64,000 nt of DNA from Rhizaria sp. SCN 62-66 (GCA_001724265.1 MEDY01000197.1:1-64000); one strand, 5' to 3'. Counted from the first letter of the stretch, positions 25,801 to 38,282 are shown. A program made the numbers and translations. The notes: a model not told the origin generated them from the letters alone.

Positions 25801-28544
25801 CTCTAACTCCAGCTCTATTTCGAGTCCGAGTTCGAGCTCGAGCTCAGAATCCAGTTCTTCTGACTCGTCATCGGACTCTGAAGGCGAAGTTGTCATTCAT
25901 CCCCATTTGCTGCCATCACAGTTCGTCTACGACGAGTTAGACTGTCGCCCCGCTGTTCCGTTCAGAGCAGTAGCGCCAGCCTCTCAGCAGCCCGGGCAAC
26001 TTGACGCTCAACCTGTCGCTGTTGCGTCTCCTGCGGCTGCACCGTCGAGTGCAGCGGCGACAGCAGCAGTGGCCGCTTCAGCGGCCGAGGCAGCTGAAGC
26101 TAAGGCGGCCGCAACACGCGCTGCATTGGCTGCCAATGCCGCAGCAGCAAATGCTGTCGTGACGCACGCTGCGGCCGCTAAGGCAGCTGCCGCTCAGGCT
26201 GCCGCCGCTGCGAACACCAGTGCTTCCCTCCCTTATGTGCCGGCGAATGGTAAGAAGCAAGACCTAGTTCTGGCGCCCGCAGCAGGTGTGAACACGTCGA
26301 CGACTGCGACGACTGCTACGAAGGATACTACCCCTGACCCCGTTATCGCAGCAGCTGAAGATGTTGCCACTGCAACCGCCGCTGCAGCAGCAGCAGCAGC
26401 GGCGTCGGTGGCAACATCGTCCTCAGGAGCGACAAGGGCGACGGGAGCGACTGGAGCGATAAGAGCGACACTGTCCTCAGGAGCGACAGGGGCGACACCT
26501 GCTAGTACTACAATGGGAAAGACGCCGAAGAGTACTCAGATGGTCATCTCGGTCGTGAACCCCCCTAGGCAGGCAGCGGTTGTCGCGGCTGCTGCTGCAG
26601 CAGCTGCAGGCGTGACTAGCACCAACCGTCGCGTCGTGATGAACGATGATGACGACGAGTACGCCAATGGCGTGCATGCTAAGGCACAAGCTCACTTAGA
26701 GTTCCGACTCACGCCCTACGCAGCGGTACAGCAAGACAACGCATATGCTGCTGACAAGGAGGTCACTGCCAACGCGCGGCCCAAACGCACTCGGCAGCGC
26801 AAGCGCACCTCCGAAGGTTTCGCCGAGGCGGAGGAAGCTCGTTCCCGTCGCCGCAGAGTACGCGGCTATCCTGGTGCAATCGCCATTGGCGATGAGAGTG
26901 ATGACGCCGAGATCGCTGACGACGACGATGACGACAGCGACGACGGTTTAGAGGTGACTGACGTCGTGTTGGCACAGACGCCGACACCGAAGAAGGACAA
27001 GAACGCGTCTTCCAGGACCAAGTCAAAGTCCCAGGCGAAGGCTGGCAGTGCGAGCTCAGCACCTGCACAGAAGGCACGCAAAAAGTCGGCGGCGGCGGCG
27101 TCTGACGCTGCCGCTAGGTCGGCGGACAGTGCTGCCGCTGTTGTCGATGATGGCGACGAGGAGGAAGAGGACGAGGATCGCAGTCGTGCTGCTGCAGCGT
27201 CTTCAAGTCAAAGTCGGAAGAAAAAATCCCGAACGCCGGGCCGTGGCCGTCCCCTGGGCACCCCGAATCGCCCCAAATACGACAGTGGCATTCTCGTCAC
27301 CTCCGACGGACCCACGAACTGCACTCTGTGCCCGGCCGGGTTTGGCACGTCGTCAGCACTGGTGGCACACGCACTTGAGGCCCACCAGATGCACATGTGC
27401 ATGGCCTGTGGCAAGATGTATAACAAAAGGGCGTCGCTCTGGGCGCACCAGCTTGAGATTACCGTCTGCTGGCACTGCCGCGGCAGCTCATCCGATCATC
27501 AGGTACGACGTGAGACATCATCATTCTCGTACTTATCGCATGCATTCATTGTATTGTTCCATTTGCATCTCACTTCTAATATCCTGGCAACATTACATTT
27601 GTTTAGGCCTATGCTAAGCACTCTAAACACTGCTTTATCGCCGCTCAGGGCAACAAACTCACGTGCCCTGAGTGCCCTGACGAGCTTCCGCACTACGAAG
27701 GATTTGTGTACGTTGATAATGAATATTGTACACTGCGTATATCTTCCTTGACTCAACTATCGCGCGATCTATGAGTTCTATTCTTTGTCCTCACATTCAT
27801 TTTCTCTCACTTCCTGCGTCTTTCCTGACACTTAGTAATCATCTCAAGGAGCACCACGGCGCGACTGACGCTCACTGTGCGCAAAAGTACGCGGATATTG
27901 CATTCAAATTCCTTCACTCCCGTGCTCGCAACAACATGATCTTGTCGTTAGCTGACTTTGAAGCCAAGCGCAACCACTGCAGCCGGTCTCGCCAAAGCTT
28001 CGCCGACTCCTTGCGGCCCGCACAAGGTCACAACGCGCGCATCGTTGTGCACGAGGGCTTTCAGCCAGCAGAGACGTGGGTGCGCCCTGCGGTGCCGCAC
28101 AGTAAACCGCGCATCACCATGGCCCAGGACCCTGATCCCAACTCTGTGACAGCGGCAGCAGATGATACCGCGACAGCCTCTGCGACTGAAGCTGCAGCGG
28201 CGACGAGCGGTGTTGCCGCGGATGGCGCGACCGCTGCGGACAGTGCAAGTGCGAGTGCAACCGATAGTGCGAGCAGCTCAAGCGCCAGTGCAAGTGCGAG
28301 TGCGAGCGCAAGTGCTGATGAGATTGTCAATGAGGAGAATCAAACTTCTGCGAGTGCGGAAGGCGCTGCTTTTGCCTCAGCGGCAACTGTTGCTGCTGTC
28401 TCTACCGCCGCCGCTGCAGTTGCAGTAGCTGCTGCTGCTGCCGCAACAAATGTGACTTCTGACGACGATACTATTATAGTCTCAAAGACTAGTGCGGTGA
28501 AGAGGCATTGGAAATATCATTTGGGCAACGACGACGATGACTGA
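22826..28544 (+). CDS. Large nuclear protein with AT-hook-like motifs and C-terminal C2H2-type zinc fingers; about 1828 aa with two in-frame TAG
   Basis: Exons 22826-27502, 27607-27707 and 27836-28544; donors GTACGA and GTACGT, phases consistent. Track ORFs 22826..24244 and 24407..27751 share one frame, separated only by TAG at 24242 and 24392. Motifs: RRGPGWPRK, GRGRPLGTPN, CTLCPAGF..LVAHALEAH, CMACGKMY..LWAH, CPECPDE..VNHLKEHH. Stop TGA. The exact start codon is uncertain. Confidence 0.75.
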
Positions 28545-28719
28545 ACTGCAAATCATTCTAAATGAACATCACCTCGCAATAAGCTAATTAGAAAACCTTA
28601 CGTTACATAAATCGAACTCTGTATTTATCGCCATTTGTAATACACATTCGCGTGTTTTATCTTCTTTCATTTAATGTCACACGATTCGTAAACTTCTATC
28701 TTAAGCGATCTTCATAAGT

Positions 28720-31700
28720 TTACCACTCAGCTTCGGCCGCAGCCTCAACATGGCCGCGTTGTGGAGACATCATCTTACTAGCGCGTTGTTCCGGCGTCAG
28801 TCCAGGGAACACAGTGCGCCGAACGCCAGGCGTCTTGCTGTTTGACGCCGCAGCAGTGGGAATCTTGCTACTCTGACTCCTCGCGCTCTGCGCATGTCCT
28901 TGGCTCTGACTCAAACTCGGAACAGAGCCATGTCTACCACCGAGACTGCGGTGGTACTCAAGCTCTGGTCCCGTAGCCTCGCATGGCAGCGTCGATGCCA
29001 CCCCACTCGCGCTCGCGCTCGCTTCAGCGCCCGCAGCAGCGCCAGCGTCGCCGTGACTGTTCGCGTTGAGCGCAAAGGGCAGCGGCGTCGGCACTCGCGG
29101 GAGGCGCGCGGGCGACACCGCGCCCCCGCCACGAGGTGACGCCGCCGCGTTCAGACGCGGTGACGCGCAGGGGGACCCGGCGGGCGAGCGGCCGGGCGAC
29201 CGTGGAGACCCCGGCAGCGGCGGCGGCGGCGACGTGCGGCCAAACTTCGGCGCGGGCGGGCCGAAGAGAAACGGCGTCGGCTCAGTGTCGAAGCACCCCG
29301 CGTGGCGGCCGTCGGGCGCGTGTGGCCCCGGGCACGGGGAGCCCGTGCGCGACCGACTGCACGCGCCGCGCTGCGTCGGCGACTGCGAGCGCAGCGACGG
29401 CGACTGCGAGCGTGGGCGGAACGGCGACGCGGGGAGACGCGCGCGAGAGATCCGTCCCAGCTCACGCTCAGCCTCGGCAGACGCGGACTTGGCGGCAGCG
29501 AGTGCCTCAGCGGCGGCCGCGGCCTCCGCGGCAGCCGCGGCGGCCTCAGCAACAGCGGCTGCCTCCGCCTGCGCCGCAGCGTGCGCGGCGGCAGCGGCCT
29601 GCGCCGCAGCGGCGTTGGCGGCCGCGACACCGGCGTCCTGCCGCGCTTGACTGTGGATCTGCGCCGCGCTCTGTGGGCTGAATGCACCGGATGTTACCGC
29701 GGGCCGGCGCGGGTTCAGCGGCGCCCACACACCGCCGGCATCGCCCGTCTTGTTAGCGCCGCCGCCAAGGGACGTGCGGGCGCGGTTGCGGGCCAGCGAC
29801 GCCTCGCGCGCGGCTGAGCCCACCGTCGCGGTCGCGGTCGCGGCCGGCGGTGACGCGGCGGCGGCGGCGGCGGCGGCGGAGGCGCGGCGGCGCTCGCGGA
29901 CTCGGTCAGCCGCGGCGGCAGAGGCGGCGGCGAGCGTGTTGGCAGCTGGGCTCGAGCTGGATCTAGCGATGTCGGAGAATTCGTTCAGCGAAATGGCCGA
30001 CGGCGCGCGCAGCTGGGAGGGGCTTGCAATGCGGCCTCCGGCAGCGGCGGTCGATGACAGACTGCGGCGGCCACGCGCTTCAGTCGCGGTTGCACCGTTG
30101 CTGTTGTCGTCACTGTATACAGCGCCGAACGCGTCGCGGACAGTGTTGGACTCGCGCTGCAGCTGCTGCTTCAACGCAATCGCGCGCTGCAGCTCTTCTT
30201 CCCGCGCCCGCTCCCGCTCGCGGTCGCGCTGGCGCTCGAGACTGGCTTCGCGCTCAAACCGCTCTTGCGCCTGGCGCTCAAGCTCCAGCCGCGCAGCGTG
30301 CTCGCGCTTCTGCTGCTCTAACAGTTCACGCTGCTGCTGTTGTTGCTCCTGTTCAACCCGTTCTTGCTCTTGTCGCGCCTGTTCAGCGCGGGCTTGCTCC
30401 GCGCGGAGTTGATCAAACCGCGCTTGCTCCAGCCGCGACCGCTCACGCAGCGCGTGTTCACGCTCTAAAAGCTCGCGTTCGCGGTACTGCCGCTCGGCTT
30501 CAAGGCGCTGCAGCTCGGCGCGCTCCAAGTCAAGCCGCCTCTGCCGCTCATCCTCGGCCTCGCGCTGCTGCTGCAACTCACGCTCCTTCTGTTGATGCTG
30601 CAACTGTAGCTGCTGCTGCTCACGGTCGCGCGCAAGCTGGACCTGGCGCTGGTACTGCCGCTCGCGTTCAGCCTGCTCAGCGGCCGATCGCTCTGCAACA
30701 GCGCGTTGCTCAGCTTCCATACGCTCACGCTCACGCTGGGCACGGTCGGCGCGCTCGCGCTCTTGCTCGATCTCGCGGTCGCGCTCACGGTCGCGGGCCT
30801 GGGACAGCTCGCGCTCGTGCTCGCGCTCACGGTCGCGCTCTCGGTCACGTGCACGCTCGCGCTCAAGCTCTAACTCGCGCTCATGCTCGCGTTCGCGGGC
30901 GCGTTCAAGCTCGCGCTCACGGTCACGCTCCTGCTCGCGCTCGCGGGCACGGTCGCGCGCCGCCGCCGCCGCCGCCGACGCCGAGGCAGACGCTGAAGCT
31001 GCGGCAGCAGCGGCGGTCGCGTTGGCAGCCGCGGCCGCAGCAGCAGCCATTGCCGCGCGCGCCACAGGGTCAGACGCCGCGAGACCGGCAGGTTGCGCGA
31101 TGACGATTGGCGCCGTCGTGTTCTTTCCAGTCTGACTGGTGTTGACAAGCGCGTTATTGTTGTTGTTAGAGCGCAGAGAGTACGGGTTTGTACCCTGGTG
31201 AACAATTCCCTGTTGCAGCCTCCGCGCAGCCGCAGTCGCAGCGTCACTGTGACGACTCTGAGCCATCTGCGCAAACACAGGCCTGAATGCAAACAGCTCC
31301 GACGCGTTCGGCGACGCAGGCACTTGCTGCTCCTGCTCACGGTCACCCGTCGTCGTCGTCAAGGCGGCTTGACTTTGATTCATCTCGAGCTGCTCGCCAG
31401 CGGCCTCCGCGATGGCCGCGGGCGGATAAAGCGCACGCAACACATCGCCAGGCGCTAGCAGCGCCAACGCTCCCGGCGCGCGCTCTGTCATCGCGTCCGC
31501 CGCAGCGAGCACGGCATCAAGCGCGGGGAAAAGCCGTGCAGAACAGAGCTCTCTGAACGCGGCCGACGCGAACCCCGACCCCGGGCCCGGCGGAAGTAAG
31601 TAGCTGTACCGCGGGTCGAGCGCGCCGTCCGCGCCGGCCGCGGCGGCGGCAGGCGCGGAAAGGGCAACGGGGACCGGGCTGGGCAGCGCGCGGGCCGCGG

Positions 31701-34323
31701 CCGTGGCGGCGTGCAGCTGGGCCGCGGGCGCAACGGCTTCTAATAGAGTCGCAAGCGCGGTGCCGAACACGCGCGGGCACGAGCGCAGCGCGACTGACCG
31801 CAGCGCGGAGTATAAGTGCGCCGGCGTGAGCGCGGGCGGCGCGGCGGATAGCGGCGACCGCGGTGCTCCCGGCGTCGTCGCCGTTGTGGCTGAAGACAAG
31901 GCGGATGCAGAAGCGGCACCGCGGCGGGTAGCGAAGGTTGAGAACGCCATCGCCACGGCCGCGGACTCCGCCTCCGACAGCACGCCCCGCAGAGGCAGCG
32001 ACGACGGCGGACCCAGCAGAGCAAGCATCGCGGCGTCCGGCGCGGCGGCCGAGGCGGCGAGCGCGGCGGCGGCCGGACCGGCGGGGACCGCGCCCTGTGC
32101 CGCCGCGGCTACGGACAAAGAGTCCGCAGCGGAGGCCGGGTGGGGGAAAAGCAGCGCCGAGGGGGGCACGCCGGCGACGGCGGCGGTCACTGCGCGCTGC
32201 ACGGCCGTGGCCGTGGCGCGGGCTAGTGACGGAGACGCGACGTGGCGCGCGGCGGGCAATGGCGCAGGGACTGAGGCTGGCGCGGAGGCAACGGGCACCG
32301 CGACGACCGCAGTGTTGGCATGAACAGCGTTGTTGTTGTTATTGCTGTTGTGTGTACGACGGGCAGGAGTCACGAGAGCAAAGCCGTTGCCAGTCGTGTT
32401 GATGTGCGCGCTCGCGGGCTGCAAGTGACCGTGAGCGTGACCGTGAGCAGGGCGGCCACGCATAGGCGATGCGTAGGCTAAGTGGCCGTGAGCGGCAGTG
32501 GCGTATCCGTACGGGTGACCGTGAGCGACCACGCTAGCGCTGAGCAGATACGAGCCGTCAAGCGTGTTATCGCCGTTGAACAGCCCCATATCCACTGTAG
32601 CGTCTTCCTCATCGTTGTGATCGTTGTTGTTGTCGTTGTCGCCGTGGCTGTTTGCACCGCGACCACGACTGTGGCTGGGGCTTTGACTGTGGCTGCGATA
32701 ATACTCACCAGCGCCGGCAGTTTTGTTCTGACGCTCACGACTACGCTGTTGCTGTTGCTGTTGCTGTTGCTCTTGTTGTTGTTGATGATGATGCTGTGGT
32801 TGGTGCTGGCGTGTCGCCGCAGCAGCTTGCGCCTGAGATTGAGTCGCACCGCTGCCGCGACGAGCTCCATCACCACCACTACTCGCGCTAACGATGTTGC
32901 TATTCGTGCTGTTTCGGCGTGGCTCGAGAGCGCGAAGCTTCTGCTCTGCCACAGCAGCCCGGTCATCGCTCTCCGCAGCGCCATCACGCGCGACTTCGAG
33001 CCGCGCGGCCAGCACTTCACCCTCCTCTTGCGCCGCCTTGGCTTCCTCTTGTGCTGCTTTCGCCTCTTCCCGTGCAGCCCGAGCCGCCACGCGCGCAGTC
33101 TCAGCTGCCGCAAGCGCCGCCGTCAACTGCCGCTGCAGACCGGCCAGCTGCGCCGTCAGCCGGTCATTCTGCGCTTTAGCCGCGGATAACTCACCGCGAG
33201 TGTTACTGAGGTCAGCGCGAGCGTCCGCGAGGTCGTTTCGTGTGGCGTGCAGCTCAGACCGCGTGACTGCGGCGTCAGCACGCGAATCACGCAACGCCAC
33301 AGTCAACGCGGCGACACTGTTCGACGTCGCCGAGCCGTGTCCGAGGAAGTCAAGGCCGTGGGGGAAAGCGGCCGCCGCGTCGGCACGCGCACGTTGTGCG
33401 TCAGCCTCAGCCAGCGCGGCAGCAAGCACTTGTTGTAACGATGCAACCAAACCACCGTTGGAATCACCGCTATGAGCTGCGCGGCTGCTACTGGTAACGT
33501 TGGAATACGGTGCGTTACTGTGGTGCTTTGCGGCAGTCGCGGCAGCGTTCGCGCAGCGGCGCCAGTGCGAGAAGCCGTCAGCGCGCGCTACAGCGGCGGC
33601 GCGCGCGGCGGCAGCGGCGGACGGCGACCGGTCGAGAGCCTCGGCGAGCAACTGCGCTGCTAAGTCACGCTGCTGCTTGTGCAGGGCCTGGAGCTGGGAC
33701 CGCGCGCGCGCCGCCGCGCCAGAGCCAGCAGCAACAGCGGCGTTAGAGCTAGAACTAAAGCTGTGAGAGGATGTTGAGCTTGTGGCTGTGGCTGCGGCTG
33801 CGGCGGGGGCGGGGGTGAGAGGGGTGATGCTGCTACGGTGAGGAGAGAGAGCGCGGTCAGCGCGAGCCCGCTGCGCTGCGGCTGCGTGCAAAGAAGAACG
33901 CGCGGGAGAGCCGGGCAAGTGCGCGCGCAACGCTGACGACGACAACGGCGCCATCCCACTGCCATATGCATTGTTGTTGTTGCTGAAGGATACGTTGGCT
34001 GGGGAGTGGTTGGGGGAAGCGCCGGTAGCTGCTGCAAGCGGGCCTGTAAAGGAGTAGTCGAGCAGGTCGCCCGCGTGCGCGCCAGGGATATTTAACGGCG
34101 CCCGAGGTTGTGCAGGTGGCAGTGAAGTGATGTAGATGTACGGCGCAGTGTTGGAGGAAGAAGAGGCGAGCGATGAGGCAGCACCACCAGTGGCCGCGGC
34201 ATGGGCGGCCGTCACTGCGGCCAGAGGACGGTCGATATACGCAATAGACACATCAAGCGGGGGAGCAGGGCCAAATGTCGGCAGATATGTCCCATGTGCA
34301 GATGTGTTAAGCGTGGAAGACAT
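28720..34323 (-). CDS. Intronless 1867-aa coiled-coil protein with Ala-rich and R/E/D/Q-rich charged helical segments; function unknown
   Basis: 5.6-kb open frame. Heptad-like segment (LADARADLSNTRGELSAAKAQNDRLTAQLAGLQRQL) and a long (RE/RD)n region. Stop TAA, AT-rich flanks. Confidence 0.85.
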   Translation of the reverse strand: MSSTLNTSAHGTYLPTFGPAPPLDVSIAYIDRPLAAVTAAHAAATGGAASSLASSSSNTAPYIYITSLPPAQPRAPLNIPGAHAGDLLDYSFTGPLAAATGASPNHSPANVSFSNNNNAYGSGMAPLSSSALRAHLPGSPARSSLHAAAAQRARADRALSPHRSSITPLTPAPAAAAATATSSTSSHSFSSSSNAAVAAGSGAAARARSQLQALHKQQRDLAAQLLAEALDRSPSAAAAARAAAVARADGFSHWRRCANAAATAAKHHSNAPYSNVTSSSRAAHSGDSNGGLVASLQQVLAAALAEADAQRARADAAAAFPHGLDFLGHGSATSNSVAALTVALRDSRADAAVTRSELHATRNDLADARADLSNTRGELSAAKAQNDRLTAQLAGLQRQLTAALAAAETARVAARAAREEAKAAQEEAKAAQEEGEVLAARLEVARDGAAESDDRAAVAEQKLRALEPRRNSTNSNIVSASSGGDGARRGSGATQSQAQAAAATRQHQPQHHHQQQQEQQQQQQQQRSRERQNKTAGAGEYYRSHSQSPSHSRGRGANSHGDNDNNNDHNDEEDATVDMGLFNGDNTLDGSYLLSASVVAHGHPYGYATAAHGHLAYASPMRGRPAHGHAHGHLQPASAHINTTGNGFALVTPARRTHNSNNNNNAVHANTAVVAVPVASAPASVPAPLPAARHVASPSLARATATAVQRAVTAAVAGVPPSALLFPHPASAADSLSVAAAAQGAVPAGPAAAALAASAAAPDAAMLALLGPPSSLPLRGVLSEAESAAVAMAFSTFATRRGAASASALSSATTATTPGAPRSPLSAAPPALTPAHLYSALRSVALRSCPRVFGTALATLLEAVAPAAQLHAATAAARALPSPVPVALSAPAAAAAGADGALDPRYSYLLPPGPGSGFASAAFRELCSARLFPALDAVLAAADAMTERAPGALALLAPGDVLRALYPPAAIAEAAGEQLEMNQSQAALTTTTGDREQEQQVPASPNASELFAFRPVFAQMAQSRHSDAATAAARRLQQGIVHQGTNPYSLRSNNNNNALVNTSQTGKNTTAPIVIAQPAGLAASDPVARAAMAAAAAAAANATAAAAAASASASASAAAAAARDRAREREQERDRERELERAREREHERELELERERARDRERDREREHERELSQARDRERDREIEQERERADRAQRERERMEAEQRAVAERSAAEQAERERQYQRQVQLARDREQQQLQLQHQQKERELQQQREAEDERQRRLDLERAELQRLEAERQYRERELLEREHALRERSRLEQARFDQLRAEQARAEQARQEQERVEQEQQQQQRELLEQQKREHAARLELERQAQERFEREASLERQRDRERERAREEELQRAIALKQQLQRESNTVRDAFGAVYSDDNSNGATATEARGRRSLSSTAAAGGRIASPSQLRAPSAISLNEFSDIARSSSSPAANTLAAASAAAADRVRERRRASAAAAAAAASPPAATATATVGSAAREASLARNRARTSLGGGANKTGDAGGVWAPLNPRRPAVTSGAFSPQSAAQIHSQARQDAGVAAANAAAAQAAAAAHAAAQAEAAAVAEAAAAAAEAAAAAEALAAAKSASAEAERELGRISRARLPASPFRPRSQSPSLRSQSPTQRGACSRSRTGSPCPGPHAPDGRHAGCFDTEPTPFLFGPPAPKFGRTSPPPPLPGSPRSPGRSPAGSPCASPRLNAAASPRGGGAVSPARLPRVPTPLPFALNANSHGDAGAAAGAEASASASGVASTLPCEATGPELEYHRSLGGRHGSVPSLSQSQGHAQSARSQSSKIPTAAASNSKTPGVRRTVFPGLTPEQRASKMMSPQRGHVEAAAEAEW

Positions 34324-34806
34324 CGGTGTGTCGACGCTAAAGAGGCGAGCGGGTGCGCTTGATGTGGCGAGTTACTGAAGTTTACGAAACTACACAATAG
34401 GCGCATAATACATCGTGGAGATAAGATTTAAAATGTAAAACATATATAAATCACCTCATGAAAAAAATAATCATTCTTGAAGTTTGAAAATTACGCGCTT
34501 CCACGCCGCATGAGGCCGCAACGTTTTTTTGATAGGTGGCGTCCGCCTCAGCCCAACGGCTACAAAGAGCAGACCAGACATGCAAAGGAGCCATTATAGT
34601 CGATTCTGACTCAAAACAAGATAAGATGATAAAAATAGAGATAACTAAACAATCTATGTGTATTACTATGTCAAAATATATTACTGTTCGATGAAATGGG
34701 GCACATTATCGTGCTACAGTCAGTATATTCCCACTCATTTCGCACTGGCCAGCCAACCTGAACAATGCGCCTCCGTCAACAAGATCTCACAACGCTGCAT
34801 CTGCGT

Positions 34807-36699
34807 TCACAACACCGCGTCCTTCGACGCAGCCGCGGCAACGATAACGTGTGTATGATGCGCAAGCGCCGCGCCGCCACCCGCGTACGACACGACAGAG
34901 ACACCCTGCGCCGACGAAGCGGACATCGAGCTCCCCTGCATCGGCATCGACCCCGCGACAACCCCACTTGCGCCCACGCCCGCGCCTGACTGCTGTTGAG
35001 GCTGCGCGAGCGCGGCCTGCGCCTGCGCGTGCGCGGCGGCCTGTGCGGGGGATAGAGCCGCCGCCGCGTTGCTGCGCTGCTGAGCCTGGAGCCCGCGGTG
35101 CAGCATCGACGGGGAAAGGATCCACGGTGAGTCAGCGACGCCACCAACCACGGCGCCCGCATTTGACCCGCCGGCAGCACCGCCAGCGCCGGTGCCGGTG
35201 CCGTTGTCGAGCGACGGGGGCCGGTAGGACCCAGAGTTGCTGTCAACGGATGTGGCACTGTTGCTGTTGCTGCCTGTCATCGAAGTTGATTGATTTTGCT
35301 CTTGTTCAGGCGCGAGATCAGTCACAGGCTCGGCGACGTACAGCGCGCTGGACAGAGGAATCAACATCGAATCAGCGCGCGGCATGCCATCGACACCGCT
35401 GCCCTTGGCGCCAGTGCCACCGCCAGTGCCAGCGCCAGCGCCGGTTGCGGCAGTGGTACTGGCAGTGGCAGTGGCAGCGAGACGGTTGGACGACGCGTGC
35501 CTGCTCTTAACCCATCCAAAGGGCACGGAAACCGCGAACACCACGACCGCGAGCGCGAGCGCGGCGACGGTGACGACAGCACTGACGAAGATCACACGCC
35601 GCAACGTCTCTTCATCGTCGACATTGGGCTGCGGCGTGTCGCAGCTCTCGTGCGCGAGCCCGTCAGGGCACCGCAGAACCGGTGCTGTACGCAGGGCGGC
35701 GGGGGTAAACCCACGGGTCGCAAGTAACCGCGTGGCGGGTGCGTTGGTGTCGCGCAAGACCTCGAGAAACGCGTCGAGGACGTCGGAGCGTGCGCGGAGG
35801 AAAACGCGGGTACGCAGAAGACACGTCGGCGGCTCGACCTTGCCCGGCGTGGCACGCGCACTACTCTTGCGCCCCTCACTCTCAGAGTCAGAGGCAAAGT
35901 CAGAGGGAGAAGAGAGAAGGTACGCGACGTCCTCTGAGATGGCAGCAGTGATGGCTGAGAACGCGTCACTTGCGAGCGCGAGTGCTGAGCCGAAAGAAGA
36001 AGACTGCGTGCTCGTGTCCTTGACGTCGGGCTTGACGACGGTGTCGGGCTCCAGGCCGAGGCTGAGAAGCGTGTTCGGATCGATACCAGCGGTTGCGAGC
36101 TCCCGCACAACACGGTGGAAAAACCAGTGGTCATCCGCCAGAGCCGACTGGGGCACTGAGAACGGAATCAAGACGTCTGTGCCAACGAGCTGTGCGTGGC
36201 GCACCGTCACGGTCGACAGCGCGTGATTGTACACAATCTCGTCGGTGTTCGCATCGATTGCGATGAGTAAATGAGTGCCGACGGGGCAACTCATCGCATG
36301 GGCAGTGCAGCGCGGGAAAGTGCCACTGACCGTCACAGTGCCCTCGACAGAGATGGACGACCAGGGGATGCCGCCGTCGGGCAGAAAGCTAATGTACTGC
36401 GGCGTGACGGCGCCGTCGACAACGAATGCGACGTCCCGGAAGCGGCGGAGCGAGGAACTGTGCAGGGTGAGAGTCACGTTTGTGAGCTCGCCGTTTTCGA
36501 CTACTTGCTCAGGGGCGTCGATCCAAAAATCGGGCTCGTCGTCGCCAACGGAGACGCGGGAAGTAGCGGAAGTGGACGTCTGTGTTGACGCAGTGACAGC
36601 AGAGACCTGGTGGAGCGCCAGGAGGCTGACGAACAACAGGCAGGCGAGTGCAAAGCCCCTCGCGAAGGAGCGCCCCCTTCGCGTGATAGATTCAGACAT
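34807..36699 (-). CDS. Predicted type I single-pass membrane protein, about 630 aa; function unknown
   Basis: ATG at 36699. Signal-peptide-like GFALACLLFVSLLALHQVSA, beta-rich Cys-containing ectodomain, TM segment VIFVSAVVTVAALALAVVVFAVSVPFGWV, low-complexity tail. Stop TGA. Confidence 0.8.
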   Translation of the reverse strand: MSESITRRGRSFARGFALACLLFVSLLALHQVSAVTASTQTSTSATSRVSVGDDEPDFWIDAPEQVVENGELTNVTLTLHSSSLRRFRDVAFVVDGAVTPQYISFLPDGGIPWSSISVEGTVTVSGTFPRCTAHAMSCPVGTHLLIAIDANTDEIVYNHALSTVTVRHAQLVGTDVLIPFSVPQSALADDHWFFHRVVRELATAGIDPNTLLSLGLEPDTVVKPDVKDTSTQSSSFGSALALASDAFSAITAAISEDVAYLLSSPSDFASDSESEGRKSSARATPGKVEPPTCLLRTRVFLRARSDVLDAFLEVLRDTNAPATRLLATRGFTPAALRTAPVLRCPDGLAHESCDTPQPNVDDEETLRRVIFVSAVVTVAALALAVVVFAVSVPFGWVKSRHASSNRLAATATASTTAATGAGAGTGGGTGAKGSGVDGMPRADSMLIPLSSALYVAEPVTDLAPEQEQNQSTSMTGSNSNSATSVDSNSGSYRPPSLDNGTGTGAGGAAGGSNAGAVVGGVADSPWILSPSMLHRGLQAQQRSNAAAALSPAQAAAHAQAQAALAQPQQQSGAGVGASGVVAGSMPMQGSSMSASSAQGVSVVSYAGGGAALAHHTHVIVAAAASKDAVL

Positions 36700-37002
36700 G
36701 CTCAAAGCTCAAGCGTGCGGAAAAAAAATAAGATAAAAGGCCGAGTAACGCGGAAACGCGTGTGCAAATAGTACCAGACTGTCTTTGACGATCAAACAGT
36801 CCAGAACGAGACACTCCAAATCACCGCCCTCCTCCTCACCAGACAGTCCCCTCGTTCGATTTTTTGGGGCCGACGGAGGGCCAAGACGGCGACTGGAGCG
36901 TGACTTCGTAACATCGACACAGCGCTGGAACTTCCGTCAAGCGCATATTACGACAAGTTTCCGGCCGTTTTCGCTGTGAACTCGCACTGAGTAAAATTAC
37001 TC

Positions 37003-38282
37003 ATGTCCAGTAACACGTCCTGCTCTTCCTGCGCAGCGTCCTCTGCCGCCACTGCTGCGACGCCGGTGCCGTGGAGCGCCGAATTCCTCGCGAAATACGA
37101 CACAATCGTCTTCGACTGCGACGGCGTCATCTGGCGCGGCTCGCATTTTCTTCCCGGCATGGCTGAGACGCTGACGCACCTCGCCTCGCTCGGCAAGACT
37201 GTTCTGTACTGCTCTAACAACAGCACTAAGTCGCGCCAGGACTACGTTGACAAGTTCGCCGCGCAGAACGTTCCCGTGCAGCCTTCGCACGTCTACTCCA
37301 GCGCGTCCACCATTGCCTCGCTGCTGCTCGCCACGGATGGCTTTGACGCCGCGCGCGACAAGGTCTACGTGATTGGCTTCACGGGACTCAAGCAGGAGCT
37401 CCGCGAGTCTGGCATCCAGATCATCGACGCCGACGACGTGGTACGTGCTCGATATTAAAGCAAAGCAAAACGATAACGCAACATTAGAGCTTGAATGCTG
37501 TATGTTCATATTACCATACGTGTATCCTCTCACTCAACTCCATCTTCACTGTTTGCTTCATATTTCTGTTTCTCGCATTCGTTTCGTTGTTGCCTTCCTG
37601 TGTCCTTTTATCAATGCGCACACAGGCGCCGTCCTCTCTGGGCATGTCTGGCCTCGCCGCCGTGACCCCCGATCCGGCCCTGCGCGCCGTTGTCGTCGGC
37701 CTTGACCCCTCAATGTCCTACTGCAAAGCCGCTTACGCAACGCTGTTATTGCTCGAGCGTAACGCGCTCTTCTTCGCAACCAACCGCGACGCAACTTTCC
37801 CCGGTGCGCGCCGCACTCTCCCGGGCGCCGGCTCCTGCGTGGCCATGGTTGCCGCCGCCGCGGGCCGCGAGCCGTCCGTGGCGGGCAAGCCGTCCCGCGC
37901 GATGTTCACCGCTCTCGCCGCGGACCACGGTGCCGTGCCGTCGCGCACTCTCATGGTCGGCGACCGGTTAGACACGGACATTGCATTCGCAAACGCCAGC
38001 AACATGGACTCGCTGCTCGTCTTTACGGGCGTCACCGAGCGCGACGCGTTTGCGGTCAAGCGGGCTAGTGGCGGACTCCCGCAGGCACATACGCCGACGT
38101 ATACAGCGGACGGGGCGTGTGTGCTGGCGGGGGTCGAGTTCGTGCCCTGGACGGCGCCTGCTGAGTCAGCAAGCGCGCCGGAGCCGCTGGGTAGTGAGAC
38201 GCCCGTCGCTGCGGTCGCCACGGTGTCCATTGGGGTCGTCGAGCTGCCTGATTCGACGCAAGAGAATAAGCTGGCAGTGTAA
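37003..38282 (+). CDS. HAD-superfamily subfamily IIA phosphatase (phosphoglycolate/4-nitrophenyl phosphatase-like), about 364 aa
   Basis: Exons 37003-37440 and 37626-38282; intron GTACGT...CAG, phase 0. Motifs: FDCDGVIW, CSNNS, FATNRD, AGKPS, MVGDRLDTDI, LLVFTGVT. Stop TAA. Confidence 0.93.
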